From contig CAVRXQ010000007.1 in the NCBI GenBank assembly GCA_963725215.1, positions 658,743 to 722,742 on the forward strand: 64,000 nucleotides of DNA. The letters are read 5' to 3'. A model generated the notes under the pieces. It was not told where the DNA came from, ran no database searches, and saw only the letters and a list, made by a program, of their open reading frames with translations. The position numbers and the translations under genes were made by a program. Origin of the DNA: an uncultured Acidimicrobiaceae bacterium (lineage in GTDB: Bacteria; Actinomycetota; Acidimicrobiia; Acidimicrobiales; Bog-793). Below, one piece after another: positions 11,372 through 21,152 of the stretch; within the stretch, counting starts at the first letter, position 1, and each line of letters opens with the position of its first letter.

Positions 11372-13434
11372 GCTACCTGCGTCCAAATCGCCGCTTCGAG
11401 CAACGCCGCCGCGGCGCACGCCCCCAAAAGGGAGCCGCGAACATCGACTTGATCGGCCACCGCCCGCTCCCCACCCCTCCGACGTACGCACCGCCCGCGC
11501 TGCCGCCGTCGGAGACCGGAGCGCCGCGCCAAAAGCGCACTTCTCGCCCGTACCTGCGGATCACGATCGCCGCGGTCGCAATCTTGGCGATGTTTGCCGC
11601 GCTCGTCGTGCGCCTCTACTCGCTTCAGGTCCTGAACTCAAAGAAGCTGTCGTCGGCCGCGCAACAGATCACGACGCGCAAGGTGATCCTTCCCGCCGCG
11701 CGGGGTTCGATCTTCGCCCGTGGCGGACAGCCGCTCGCGAAGGACGACTTCGAGTGGGTCGTCACCTTGCAGGCGACGCCCGGCCCGACGGGGAGAATCG
11801 CCGATCCGACGGTCGAGCACCGACTCGTCGTATTGCTGGGTCTTTCGATGTCCGACATCCGAGCAGACCTTGCGAGCAACCAGTACAGCCCGTATCAACC
11901 GATCCCGGTCGCGTTCAACGTGGCACCGTCGATCGTGCTGTCCATCGACGCGCACCGCCAGGAGTTTCCGGGAGTGAGCGCGATCGAAGAACCCGTGCGC
12001 TCGTATCCCTACGACGACTTGGCCACCCAAACGCTCGGATACGTTCGGCCGATCACCGAATCGGAGCTGAACAGGTTGGCGCGCTACGGCTACACGTCGT
12101 CATCGATCGTCGGACAAAGCGGCGTCGAGGCGCAGTACGAGCGCTACCTGCAAGGAACCTCCGCGGTGATCACCGAGGAGGTCGACCCGTCGGGAACCGT
12201 CGTCCGTACCGTGTCCCAGACCTCGGGACGTCCCGGCGACTCGGTGGTCCTAAACCTGAGCGTGCCACTCCAACAGGTCGTCTCGAACGACCTCGCGAAC
12301 GAGATCACGTACTTGCACTCCCAAGGTCTCGCCGCACCGCTCGGCGCGGCCGTGGTTCTCGATCCGAGGAACGGCGCGGTTCTGGCGATGACGTCGGACC
12401 CCTCCTACAACGACAACTGGTGGGTGACCGGCATGACGAACGCGCGCTACGGCGAGCTCACGAACAACAACGGGTACCCGTTGAACAACTGGGCGGTGCA
12501 GGGCTTCCAGCCGCCCGGATCGACCTTCAAGATCGCCACCGCGACAGCGGCTTTGCAAAGCGGTCTGATCAGCCCGTACTCAGAGATCGACGACACCGGC
12601 ATTTTCACGCTGCCGGGCGGGACCGTGCTGCACGACGCGGACAACGCGCCGCTCGGCTGGGTGGATGTCTCGACCGCGCTGACGGCGTCGAGCGACTTTT
12701 TCTTCTACACACTCGGCGAGCGATTCTGGTACGCGAGGTCGACCTACGGCATGACGCCGATCCAGAACATGGCGCACCTCTACGGCTTTGGAACGAAAGA
12801 CGGGATCGACCTTCCCCAGAACGAGGTTCAGAACGGCTGGGTCGATTCCCCGCAAGTGCGCGCGGCGTTGCATCGTCAGGCGCCGAGCGTCTACGCGAAC
12901 TCGTGGTACTTGGGCGACAACGTCGAGATGGCCTTCGGCCAGGGCGAATCGGTCGTCACACCCCTCGCCGAGGCGACTGCGTACTCGACGCTCGCGAACG
13001 GCGGTACGCGCTACGCGCCCGAACTCGCGGCGGGAGTCGTCTCTTCCTCGGGAAAGCTCGTAAAGCGCATCCACCCGAAGGTGATGGACCGCATCCACTA
13101 TTCGCCGAGCACGTATCAAGCGTTGATGACGGGCTTCGAGGGGGCGGTGCAAAGCTCGAACGGTACCGCGTACAACGACTTCATCGGGTTCAACTTCTCG
13201 AAGTGGAACCTCGCCGGAAAGACCGGGACTGCGACGGTGACGGTAAACGACGTGAAGCAGCCGACGTCGTGGTTCGTCGCCTTCGGTGGACCACGCGGTG
13301 AGGCGCCGAAGTACGCCGTGTGCGTCGAGATCAACCAGGCGGGATACGGTGCCTCCGCCGCGGCGCCCGTCGTGCGCGAGATCTTCAATTACCTCTACGC
13401 GCACGGGCTCGGAAAGCTGAAGCTCCACGCATAG
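11368..13434 (+). CDS. mrdA: penicillin-binding protein 2 (elongation-specific transpeptidase)
   Basis: TM anchor ITIAAVAILAMFAALVV, then PBP dimerisation and transpeptidase domains with PPGSTFK (SxxK) and KTGTA (KTG). GTG 11368 overlaps the mreD stop (GTGA); the longer ORF from 11146 would lie inside mreD. Confidence 0.9.
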   Translation: MSYLRPNRRFEQRRRGARPQKGAANIDLIGHRPLPTPPTYAPPALPPSETGAPRQKRTSRPYLRITIAAVAILAMFAALVVRLYSLQVLNSKKLSSAAQQITTRKVILPAARGSIFARGGQPLAKDDFEWVVTLQATPGPTGRIADPTVEHRLVVLLGLSMSDIRADLASNQYSPYQPIPVAFNVAPSIVLSIDAHRQEFPGVSAIEEPVRSYPYDDLATQTLGYVRPITESELNRLARYGYTSSSIVGQSGVEAQYERYLQGTSAVITEEVDPSGTVVRTVSQTSGRPGDSVVLNLSVPLQQVVSNDLANEITYLHSQGLAAPLGAAVVLDPRNGAVLAMTSDPSYNDNWWVTGMTNARYGELTNNNGYPLNNWAVQGFQPPGSTFKIATATAALQSGLISPYSEIDDTGIFTLPGGTVLHDADNAPLGWVDVSTALTASSDFFFYTLGERFWYARSTYGMTPIQNMAHLYGFGTKDGIDLPQNEVQNGWVDSPQVRAALHRQAPSVYANSWYLGDNVEMAFGQGESVVTPLAEATAYSTLANGGTRYAPELAAGVVSSSGKLVKRIHPKVMDRIHYSPSTYQALMTGFEGAVQSSNGTAYNDFIGFNFSKWNLAGKTGTATVTVNDVKQPTSWFVAFGGPRGEAPKYAVCVEINQAGYGASAAAPVVREIFNYLYAHGLGKLKLHA

Positions 13435-13496
13435 GCCGTCCGAAGACGCGCGACCGACGTCCAGGATCCACCGGCGCGCCCGCACGACGGTTTCGA

Positions 13497-14534
13497 CTAG
13501 CGCACGACCCGACGCAGCGCGATGACTTCGATCTGACTGAGCGGCGCCGAGGCCGAGAGACCGCCGAGCACGTAGGCGCGCTTTTGGATCCTCACGAGCG
13601 CGCCGTCGGTAAGAGCGAATGGGAGCCTTCCGACGACCGAGACGGCCCGTGTCGCGGCGTCGAATCGCAAGATGTCCGCGGTCGGACCCGACGGCGTCGA
13701 ACCGCCGACGACGATGATCTGACCTTCGAGCACCGTCGCCTTGGCGTGCGCGACCGGGTATGGGAGGTGGCCGATAACGCGCGCCCTGCCGGTCGCAAGG
13801 TCCACCTGCTGGATGTCGGCGGTGAAGGTCCCCGAGTACTCACCCCCGGCCAAGAGGCCACCGAAGAGGTCGACTTCGTGGCCCTGCAAGACGACCGCTG
13901 GATAGCGCACCGCGACCGGGAGCGTCGCGAAGGTGTGGAATCCGGTGGTTCCGTGGCCAACAAGGACGCTGTTCAGTGGTGCGTATCCGTTGAAACCGCC
14001 GAGCAGCACCGTCGTTGTACCCGACGCCGCGACGGCGAGGTCGGCGCGCGGAGAGGGAAGGGTTCCGCTCAAGACGGTGGTGTCGCTTCGGGGGTCGAAT
14101 GACTGGATCGTTGAATACACATACGACGAAGCGCCGCCGAAGACGACGACTCGGCCACCGAACTCGACCGCCCAGGCTCCGTGCGTCGCTTGCGCGAGTT
14201 GGCCGGCCCGACCGACGATCCCCGTGGTGGGATTGAACCGGTCGATGTTGGCGACGGTGACGCCGGCTGGGTCGAGACCGCCGAGGACGTAGGCCGTGTC
14301 GCCGACCGTCGCCGCCATCGTTCGGTACACGGGCGCGGGGAGCCGCCATCTCGTCACCGCGGACTTTGCCTGCCACATGGTTGGCTTCGCGACCGGCGGC
14401 CGCTGCTCGCAAGGCAAAGGCGACAACGTTCCCCAACCCGCGATCGCCGACATCCCGCAAAGCGCGACGAGGGTCCCGCCGAGAGCTCGGAATCGGTGCA
14501 CCAGGTCGCATCTGAGCACGAATCGATCGAACAT
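13497..14534 (-). CDS. secreted Kelch-repeat beta-propeller protein
   Basis: Repeated Kelch-type blades (GDTAYVLGGLD, GGRVVVFGGAS, GTTTVLLGGFNG, GHEVDLFGGL, EGQIIVVGGS, KRAYVLGGL). Start is placed at ATG 14534, giving an N-terminal hydrophobic signal-like segment. Confidence 0.75.
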   Translation of the reverse strand: MFDRFVLRCDLVHRFRALGGTLVALCGMSAIAGWGTLSPLPCEQRPPVAKPTMWQAKSAVTRWRLPAPVYRTMAATVGDTAYVLGGLDPAGVTVANIDRFNPTTGIVGRAGQLAQATHGAWAVEFGGRVVVFGGASSYVYSTIQSFDPRSDTTVLSGTLPSPRADLAVAASGTTTVLLGGFNGYAPLNSVLVGHGTTGFHTFATLPVAVRYPAVVLQGHEVDLFGGLLAGGEYSGTFTADIQQVDLATGRARVIGHLPYPVAHAKATVLEGQIIVVGGSTPSGPTADILRFDAATRAVSVVGRLPFALTDGALVRIQKRAYVLGGLSASAPLSQIEVIALRRVVR

Positions 14535-14945
14535 GAATCGGCGCCTCGGCGCCGTCCTGCCATGGGCTCTGCCAGGAAGAGCTCCACTCCCCGAAGTTCG
14601 ATGTGATTCGTTACGGAATCGCAACGGCGATCGCCCGGAACCTGCAATAAGTCGGGATACACTCCACCAGGATGTTTGCGCTACCGCCAGGGACAAAGCG
14701 CTGTAAGAGCGCGTCCCCTGCCGTGGCGATCGACGCTTGTGGCATGGGGAATCCGCACGCCGAAGAGCGTCTCGGAGTCGGATCGGCAACAGTAGGCCTT
14801 CCGTTCGTGCTGACGCCGACTCATCGCGTCGCTTCAACACTTCCTAGCCAATTCACCGACTCGGCATGCGCCCACCTGAGTGGATGCGCCCGAGAGGACC
14901 TGTTCGGGCGCCCGGAAAGGGTGCGCCCAAGAAGGGAATTTCTCA

Positions 14946-16637
14946 ATGACAGACGCCCAGACCGACCCCTTCGGGGTCGGAGATCAGCGCGCTGCCACCG
15001 GTTCGCCGGCCGGCGCAGCGGCCGAACCCTCGGGAGCGGCCCCGGCCGCTGAGGCGGCCGTTCGACGGAAGCCGAAGATCGGCGACACCCGTCCGGCGCC
15101 GGTGCTCGCGCGCCCGGCGGCACCTGCCGACGCCGACAACGGCAACGGCGCCGCGGCGCCGGCCAAACCCCGCCGGAGACGTCGCGGCGGACGAGGAAGG
15201 GGTGGTCGGAGCCGCCAGAGCCGACAGCTCACTCCCGTCGCAACGACCACGACGCCTGCGGCACCGCGCACGCGACAGCGCTCGTCGCGCGCGACGCCCG
15301 AGGTCACCGAAGCCCCGCAGCCCGTCCCGGCGACTCGTCGTCGCGGTCGGGAGCGCAACGGGCGGCCCGTCGGGCGCTACCTGATGTGCGTCCACGTCGC
15401 CCAGGACGCGACCCAGATAGCGGTGTTGGAGGGTCGCTCGCTCATCGAGCTCCACGTCGCCCGTGCTTCGGACGACGCCAACCAGATCGACGGCAACATC
15501 TACCGCGGTCGGGTGAAGAACGTGCTCCCCGGGATGGAGGCGGCCTTCGTCGACATCGGCACGCCAAAGAACGCCGTGTTGTACTGGGGAGACGTCCAGA
15601 CCGATCGCGGCGACGAGATCGAGCGCGAGCCAGGGACGAACCGCATCGAGCACCTATTGCGCCCAGGACAGACGATCATCTGCCAGGTCACGAAAAACCC
15701 GATCGGCCTGAAAGGGGCGCGCCTCACCCAGGAGGTTTCGCTCCCCGGCCGCTTCGTCGTGCTCGTCCCGGACTCTCCGGCTTCTGGCATCTCGAAGCGC
15801 CTCGACGACAAAGAGCGCCGTCGATTGCGCAAAATCCTCGAGGAGGTCCGGCCCGAGGGTCACGGGATCATCCTGCGAACCGCGGCAGAAGGGGCGACCG
15901 CGGAAGATCTGCGCCGCGACGTCTCCCAGCTGGTGAAGAAGTGGGACGAGATCGCCGACTTAGCGAAGCACGTCGCCGCGCCGGCGCTGCTGTACGCGGA
16001 ACCGCACCTCGCGTTGCGGGCGATCCGTGAGGAGTTCACCGAGGACTACCGCGGCGTGATGATCGACGACCCCGAATTGTTCGAACTCGTGCGCGACTAC
16101 GTCAACGACATCGACCCGACGCTCGCCGACCGCGTCGAGTATTACGACCAAGAAGCCGAGAATCTCCCCTTGTTCGAGCGCCACCACGTGCACGAACAGC
16201 TGCACAAAGCGCTCGACCGCAAGGTGTGGCTGCCCTCTGGAGGCTCGATAATCATCGACCGCACCGAGGCGCTCACCGTGATCGACGTGAACACCGGTAA
16301 GAACGTCGGCTCCTCGAGCCTCGAAGAGACGGTGTTCCGCAACAACGTCGAGGCCGCCGAGGAGATCGCCCGCCAGCTTCGACTTCGCGACATCGGCGGC
16401 ATCATCGTCATCGACTTCATCGACATGGAGCTGAAGGCCAACCGCCAAGAAGTGGCGGCGACGCTTCGCGACGCTCTGGCGAGGGACAAGACCCCGACCC
16501 AGGTCTTCGAGATCTCCGAGCTCGGCCTCGTGGAGATGACGAGGAAGCGAGTCGGAGAGGGCCTGGTCGAGGCGCTCTCGGAGACCTGCCCGATGTGCAA
16601 GGGCCGCGGGATCATCTTTCCCGAAGAAGAGGATTGA
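14946..16637 (+). CDS. Rne/Rng-family ribonuclease (RNase E/G) with Arg/Pro/Ala-rich N-terminal extension
   Basis: S1 and catalytic core (NIYRGRVKNVLPGMEAAFVDIG, VIDVNTG, IIVIDFIDM) and a Zn-link CPMCKGRG. ATG 14946 is preceded by gaaggga. Position upstream of rplU-rpmA-obg is typical. Confidence 0.88.
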   Translation: MTDAQTDPFGVGDQRAATGSPAGAAAEPSGAAPAAEAAVRRKPKIGDTRPAPVLARPAAPADADNGNGAAAPAKPRRRRRGGRGRGGRSRQSRQLTPVATTTTPAAPRTRQRSSRATPEVTEAPQPVPATRRRGRERNGRPVGRYLMCVHVAQDATQIAVLEGRSLIELHVARASDDANQIDGNIYRGRVKNVLPGMEAAFVDIGTPKNAVLYWGDVQTDRGDEIEREPGTNRIEHLLRPGQTIICQVTKNPIGLKGARLTQEVSLPGRFVVLVPDSPASGISKRLDDKERRRLRKILEEVRPEGHGIILRTAAEGATAEDLRRDVSQLVKKWDEIADLAKHVAAPALLYAEPHLALRAIREEFTEDYRGVMIDDPELFELVRDYVNDIDPTLADRVEYYDQEAENLPLFERHHVHEQLHKALDRKVWLPSGGSIIIDRTEALTVIDVNTGKNVGSSSLEETVFRNNVEAAEEIARQLRLRDIGGIIVIDFIDMELKANRQEVAATLRDALARDKTPTQVFEISELGLVEMTRKRVGEGLVEALSETCPMCKGRGIIFPEEED

Positions 16638-16783
16638 TCTTCTGATCGCGCCACGTCGACCCGCTGGCGCGACGAAGAGCGACTGATTGTGACGGTCGCT
16701 GTTGAGAGGTCTTCTCGTCCGAAGCCCGGTTGCCTTTCGGACCTGGGCGGATGCGCGAAATCCCGTTGTACGATGGCAGCCCT

Positions 16784-17134
16784 ATGTACGCCGTAATCGC
16801 GACCGGTGGGAAGCAAGAACGCGTCGAAGTCGGGACGCGCATCGACGTTGAGCAGCTCTCGGCGTCTGAGGGCGAATCGGTGACGCTTTCTCCCGTCCTC
16901 ATCGTCGACGGCGACAGCGTGCTCGCGGAGCCCGCCGAGCTCGCCGGGACGAGCGTCGAAGCCCGGATCGTCGGCGCGACGAAGGGGCCGAAGGTGCGGG
17001 GATTCACCTACAAGCCGAAGACGAGGGCGCGGCGGCATTTCGGCCACCGCCAGCACTACACGACGCTCGAAGTGACCGCGATCACGGCGGAGGCGACGCC
17101 CGCCCCGAGAAAAAGTCGCGCGAAGAGCGCCTAG
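16784..17134 (+). CDS. rplU: 50S ribosomal protein L21
   Basis: [17 protein letters not shown]... with C-terminal HRQHYT. Start is at ATG 16784. Confidence 0.93.
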   Translation: MYAVIATGGKQERVEVGTRIDVEQLSASEGESVTLSPVLIVDGDSVLAEPAELAGTSVEARIVGATKGPKVRGFTYKPKTRARRHFGHRQHYTTLEVTAITAEATPAPRKSRAKSA

Positions 17135-17142
17135 GAGGAGAC

Positions 17143-17400
17143 GTGTCGAAGACCAAGGGCGGCGGCTCGACCCGCAACGGCCGCGACTCTCGCAGCCAGC
17201 GTCTCGGTGTGAAGGCGTCCGACGGCACCGTCGTGGGTTCTGGCGCCGTCATCGTTCGCCAGCGTGGGACGCACTTCCACCCGGGCGCCAACGTGCAGCG
17301 CGGGGGAGACGACACGCTGTTCGCGGTGGCTGCGGGCACGGTCCGGTTCGTCGAACGACGCGGTCGACGTCTCGTCGACGTCGTCTCGGAAACGGCCTGA
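17143..17400 (+). CDS. rpmA: 50S ribosomal protein L27
   Basis: [23 protein letters not shown]...[13 protein letters not shown] ggaggag lies upstream of the GTG start. Confidence 0.95.
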   Translation: MSKTKGGGSTRNGRDSRSQRLGVKASDGTVVGSGAVIVRQRGTHFHPGANVQRGGDDTLFAVAAGTVRFVERRGRRLVDVVSETA

Positions 17401-17466
17401 CCTTCGCCGCTCGGGACGCGGAGCGGCAATCGTGCGCGACTCGCGTCGCGCGATGAGAGGCGAACG

Positions 17467-18742
17467 ATGACCGGCTTCGTCGACGAAGCCCAGATCCACG
17501 CAAAAGCGGGCGACGGCGGCGCGGGCGCGGTGTCGTTTCGTAGGGAAGCCCACGTGAGTCGCGGCGGGCCCGACGGTGGAGACGGCGGCAAGGGAGGCGA
17601 CGTCTACTTAGAGGCGTCCTCAGGCATCGCGTCGTTGCTCTCTTTCCAGGACCACCCGCACCGTCGTGCCACGAAGGGCACGCACGGAGAAGGGGGCAAG
17701 CGCAGCGGCAAGGCGGGAAGCGACCTCGTCGCCCCCGTCCCGGTTGGCACCATCGTCAGGACAAGAGAGGGATCGCTGATCGCCGACCTCGCGCGCGAAG
17801 GCGACCGAGTGCTCGTCGCAAGCGGCGGGCGCGGCGGGCACGGGAACGCGCGCTTCTTGTCGAATCGCAGGCGGGCACCGGCTTTTGCCGAACAAGGGGA
17901 GTTCGGCGAAGAGCGCTGGCTCAACCTCGAATTAAAGCTGCTGGCCGACGTTGCGCTCGTTGGCTTCCCGAACGCCGGAAAGTCGACGTTGGTCTCGCGT
18001 ATTTCCGCCGCTCGACCGAAGATCGCCGCCTACCCCTTCACGACTCTCGAGCCGCATCTAGGGGTGGTCCGCTTCCCCGATGCTGCGCCCGACGAGCTCG
18101 CCGAGTTCGTCGTCGCCGACATCCCCGGCCTTGTCGAAGGGGCGAGCGAGGGGCGCGGGCTCGGCCACAAGTTCCTCCGCCACGTCGAGCGGGCGCGTGT
18201 CCTCGTCGTTCTGGTCGACCTCGGACCGGACGAGGGACGGGCGCCGGATCGTCAGATCGAGACGCTGCTCACAGAGCTCGAGCGATTCGAGCCGACGCTC
18301 GTTTCGCGTCCGCGAATCGTCGTCGGGTCGCGCTCGGATCTCCTCTCGAAGGACGACCGCCCGCCGCTTTCGTCGTACGGGGGTGAGCTCGAATGCTCGG
18401 CGGTCACCGGGGAAGGCATCGAGGAGCTCTTGGAACGCCTGCGGCTCCTCGTCGACGAGGCACGGCGCGAGACCGCGATCCCAGTCCGAGAACGGGTCGT
18501 CCACCGTCCGCTCCCAGAAGGTGTCGTCGTGGAGCGCGAAGGCGGCGGGTTCGTCGTCGCCGGTCGGGCCGCGGAGCGCGCCGTCGCGCTCTCGGACCTC
18601 ACCGATCCCGACGCGCTCTCATTGGTCCAGCGCCGACTGCGACGTCTCGGAGTCGATCGCGCGCTCGCGCGCGGGGGCGAAGGTGGGAGACGACGTGCGC
18701 ATCGGAGGCCTCACTTTCACCTACCGAGAGGACGAGGGATGA
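17467..18742 (+). CDS. obg: GTPase Obg/CgtA, with a frame break at the G5 run 18673-18677
   Basis: Obg fold MTGFVDEAQIHAKAGDGGAGAVSFRRE, G1 GFPNAGKST, G3 DIPGL. The conserved C-terminal tail AGAKVGDDVRIGGLTFTYREDEG* is in the +1 frame and ends at TGA 18740-18742. Confidence 0.9.
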
Positions 18743-19890
18743 GCACGACCTCTGCTGCGGGCGCGCGCCCGGTTGTCGTGAAGATTGGCACGTCGTCGCT
18801 CGTGGGCGACAAAGGGAGACTGGATCTCGGCGCGATCGCCAAGTTTTCAGGCGAGGTCGCCGCACTCGTGCGCGGCGGGCGCCGCCTGGTCGTCGTTTCC
18901 TCGGGAGCTGTCGCCGCGGGACGCGCCGCAGCGGCCGCGTACCCCTCCACGAACCCCGCGAAGACCCGCGCGATGTCGGCGATCGGCCAACCCCGCCTGA
19001 TGCGCGCTTACGAGGACGCCTTCGATGCCGAAGGTCTCCTAAGCGCACAGGTGCTTATCTCTCTTCGCGACTTCGGTGTCCGCCGGCAGTACCTGAGGGC
19101 GAGGGCGACCATCGACATGTTGTGGTCCACCTCTTCGGTGCCGATCGTCAACGAGAACGACGCGTTGTTGGATGGGGAGGTGCGCTTCGGCGACAACGAT
19201 CGACTCGCGGCGCTTGTTGCGAACCTCGTTGGCGCGGAGGCGCTCGTGATCCTCACCGACACTCCGGGTCTGTATGACGCCGACCCGCGACGCGAGCGCG
19301 ACGCGACGCTCGTCGAAGAGGTCGCCGCCTCTGATGCCGCATTCGACGAGGTGGCGGCGGGCCCGGGGTCCTCAAAGGGAACCGGAGGGATGGGAACAAA
19401 GCTCGCCGCCGCGCGACTCGCCGCCTGGTCGGGGGTGCGCGCGGTGATCGCGCAGGCGAGCCGGGAGAACGTCGTAGCCGACGCGATTCGCGGAGAAACA
19501 AGGGTCGGTACGACGATTCTTGCTCGCTCCGAACGACTGCCCGCCCGCAAGGCCTGGATCGCGTTCGCCCTGCCGGCGAGAGGAAAGGTCCTCGTTGACG
19601 ATGGCGCTCGCCGTGCCCTACTCGAACGTGACGCGTCCTTGCTCCCGGCTGGAGTGCGCGAGATCGAAGGACGCTTCGAAGAGGGCGACGCGGTAGAAAT
19701 CTGCGACACCTCTCGGGGAGTCTTCGCCAAGGGCCTGTCACGAATGGGATCTGCCGACACCACTTGGATCGGAAAGCGCACAAGCGATCTCCGCGGCGGC
19801 ACCTCCGCCGAGGTGGTGCACAAAGACGACCTTGTGATTCTGGAGGCGACCTTGATTCAAACGGCGCGAGAGAAAGATCGTGTGAGATGA
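18739..19890 (+). CDS. proB: glutamate 5-kinase
   Basis: MSTTSAAGARPVVVKIGTSSL, ...VVSSGAVAAG, NENDA, and a C-terminal PUA-like domain. The ATG overlaps the Obg-tail TGA (ATGA). Confidence 0.92.
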   Translation: MSTTSAAGARPVVVKIGTSSLVGDKGRLDLGAIAKFSGEVAALVRGGRRLVVVSSGAVAAGRAAAAAYPSTNPAKTRAMSAIGQPRLMRAYEDAFDAEGLLSAQVLISLRDFGVRRQYLRARATIDMLWSTSSVPIVNENDALLDGEVRFGDNDRLAALVANLVGAEALVILTDTPGLYDADPRRERDATLVEEVAASDAAFDEVAAGPGSSKGTGGMGTKLAAARLAAWSGVRAVIAQASRENVVADAIRGETRVGTTILARSERLPARKAWIAFALPARGKVLVDDGARRALLERDASLLPAGVREIEGRFEEGDAVEICDTSRGVFAKGLSRMGSADTTWIGKRTSDLRGGTSAEVVHKDDLVILEATLIQTAREKDRVR

Positions 19891-21134
19891 CTATGGCGTC
19901 GCTAGAAGAGATGGGTGCGAGAGCGCAAAGCGCCGCGCGAGCACTGCGTGTCGAGACCAGCGCGCGAAAACGCGACTCTCTGCTCGCGTCCGCGTCGGCC
20001 CTCGAAACCGCCAGCGTTGAGATTCTGGGCGCGAACGCGCAAGACGTTGCGGCGGCTGGCGGCGCGGGGGTGAGCGAAACGGTCATCGACCGGTTGCGCC
20101 TCAGCCGCGATCGGATCGCTCAGATGGCGGAATCGATGCGCACGATCGCCAACCTGCCAGATCCCGCTGGCGAGGTGGTGGAAGGGCGCGTCCTCGCGAA
20201 CGGACTGAAGGTGCGCCGCGTGCGCGTGCCGCTCGGCGTCGTCGGAATCGTCTACGAGAACCGCCCGAACGTGACCGCGGATGCCGCCGCACTGTGCGTC
20301 CGATCCGGAAACGCTGTGATGCTGCGAGGCTCGGCGGGCGCCATCAGTTCGAATCGTGCCATCGCGAAGGCGATACGCGAAGCGATCGCTTCGGTTGGAC
20401 TCCCCGCCGACTCGGTGCAACTCGTCGAAGACACGCGACACGAGACGGTAACCGAGTTCGTCAAACTGCGCGGAGTCATCGACTGCCTCGTCCCTCGTGG
20501 CGGGCCGACTCTTGTCAAACTCGTGATCGAAGAGGCGACCGTGCCGTACGTGATCGACGGGGACGGCAACTGCCACGTGTTCGTTGACGCGACGGCGGAT
20601 CTCGACATGGCGGAGCGCATCGTGGTCAATGCGAAGATGCAACGACCGAGCGTTTGCAATGCGATGGAAACGCTGCTCGTGCACGAAGCGATCGCGCCGA
20701 TCGCGCTCCCACGCTTTGCAGCCGCGCTCGAAGGTGTCGAGCTCGTTGGCGACGAACAGACGATGGCGATCCTCCCTGGTGTCGCAAAGGCGAGCGAAGA
20801 GGACTACGCGACCGAGTTCCTCGCTCTGAAACTCGCCATCGGCGTCGTGAGCGACCTTGACGGCGCGATCGCACACATCACGCGCTACTCGAGCGGCCAC
20901 TCCGAAGCGATTATCACCAACGATCTACAAAACGCGCGGCGTTTCGTAGATGAGGTCGACTCAGCGGCGGTGCTCGTCAACGCGTCGACTCGATTTGTCG
21001 ACGGCGCAGAGCTCGGTCTCGGAGCGGAGATCGGAATCTCGACCCAGAAGCTTCACACCCGCGGCCCGATGGGACTTCGTGAACTGACGACCGTCAAATA
21101 CGTGATCGTGGGGGACGGGCATATCCGCGCCTGA
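19887..21134 (+). CDS. proA: glutamate-5-semialdehyde dehydrogenase (gamma-glutamyl phosphate reductase)
   Basis: IVYENRPNVT, the catalytic Cys context RPSVCNAMETLLVH, and YSSGHSEAI. ATG 19887 overlaps the proB stop (ATGA). Confidence 0.93.
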   Translation: MTMASLEEMGARAQSAARALRVETSARKRDSLLASASALETASVEILGANAQDVAAAGGAGVSETVIDRLRLSRDRIAQMAESMRTIANLPDPAGEVVEGRVLANGLKVRRVRVPLGVVGIVYENRPNVTADAAALCVRSGNAVMLRGSAGAISSNRAIAKAIREAIASVGLPADSVQLVEDTRHETVTEFVKLRGVIDCLVPRGGPTLVKLVIEEATVPYVIDGDGNCHVFVDATADLDMAERIVVNAKMQRPSVCNAMETLLVHEAIAPIALPRFAAALEGVELVGDEQTMAILPGVAKASEEDYATEFLALKLAIGVVSDLDGAIAHITRYSSGHSEAIITNDLQNARRFVDEVDSAAVLVNASTRFVDGAELGLGAEIGISTQKLHTRGPMGLRELTTVKYVIVGDGHIRA

Positions 21135-21152
21135 CCATTAGGGTCGGGCCGG

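Noticed and set aside
14535-14945. A specific cis-regulatory RNA in the ~410-nt region upstream of the RNase E/G gene
   Set aside because: A long 5-prime UTR with autoregulatory hairpins is known for rne in other bacteria, and small hairpins are visible here (e.g. around 14690-14725). I could not identify a defined conserved element by eye, so no feature is claimed.
17467-19890. 807-aa ORF as a genuine bifunctional Obg-glutamate kinase protein
   Set aside because: The conserved Obg C-terminal tail and its TGA (overlapping the proB ATG) are intact in the +1 frame right after a G5 homopolymer. A 1-nt indel explains the fusion better than a designed bifunctional enzyme.
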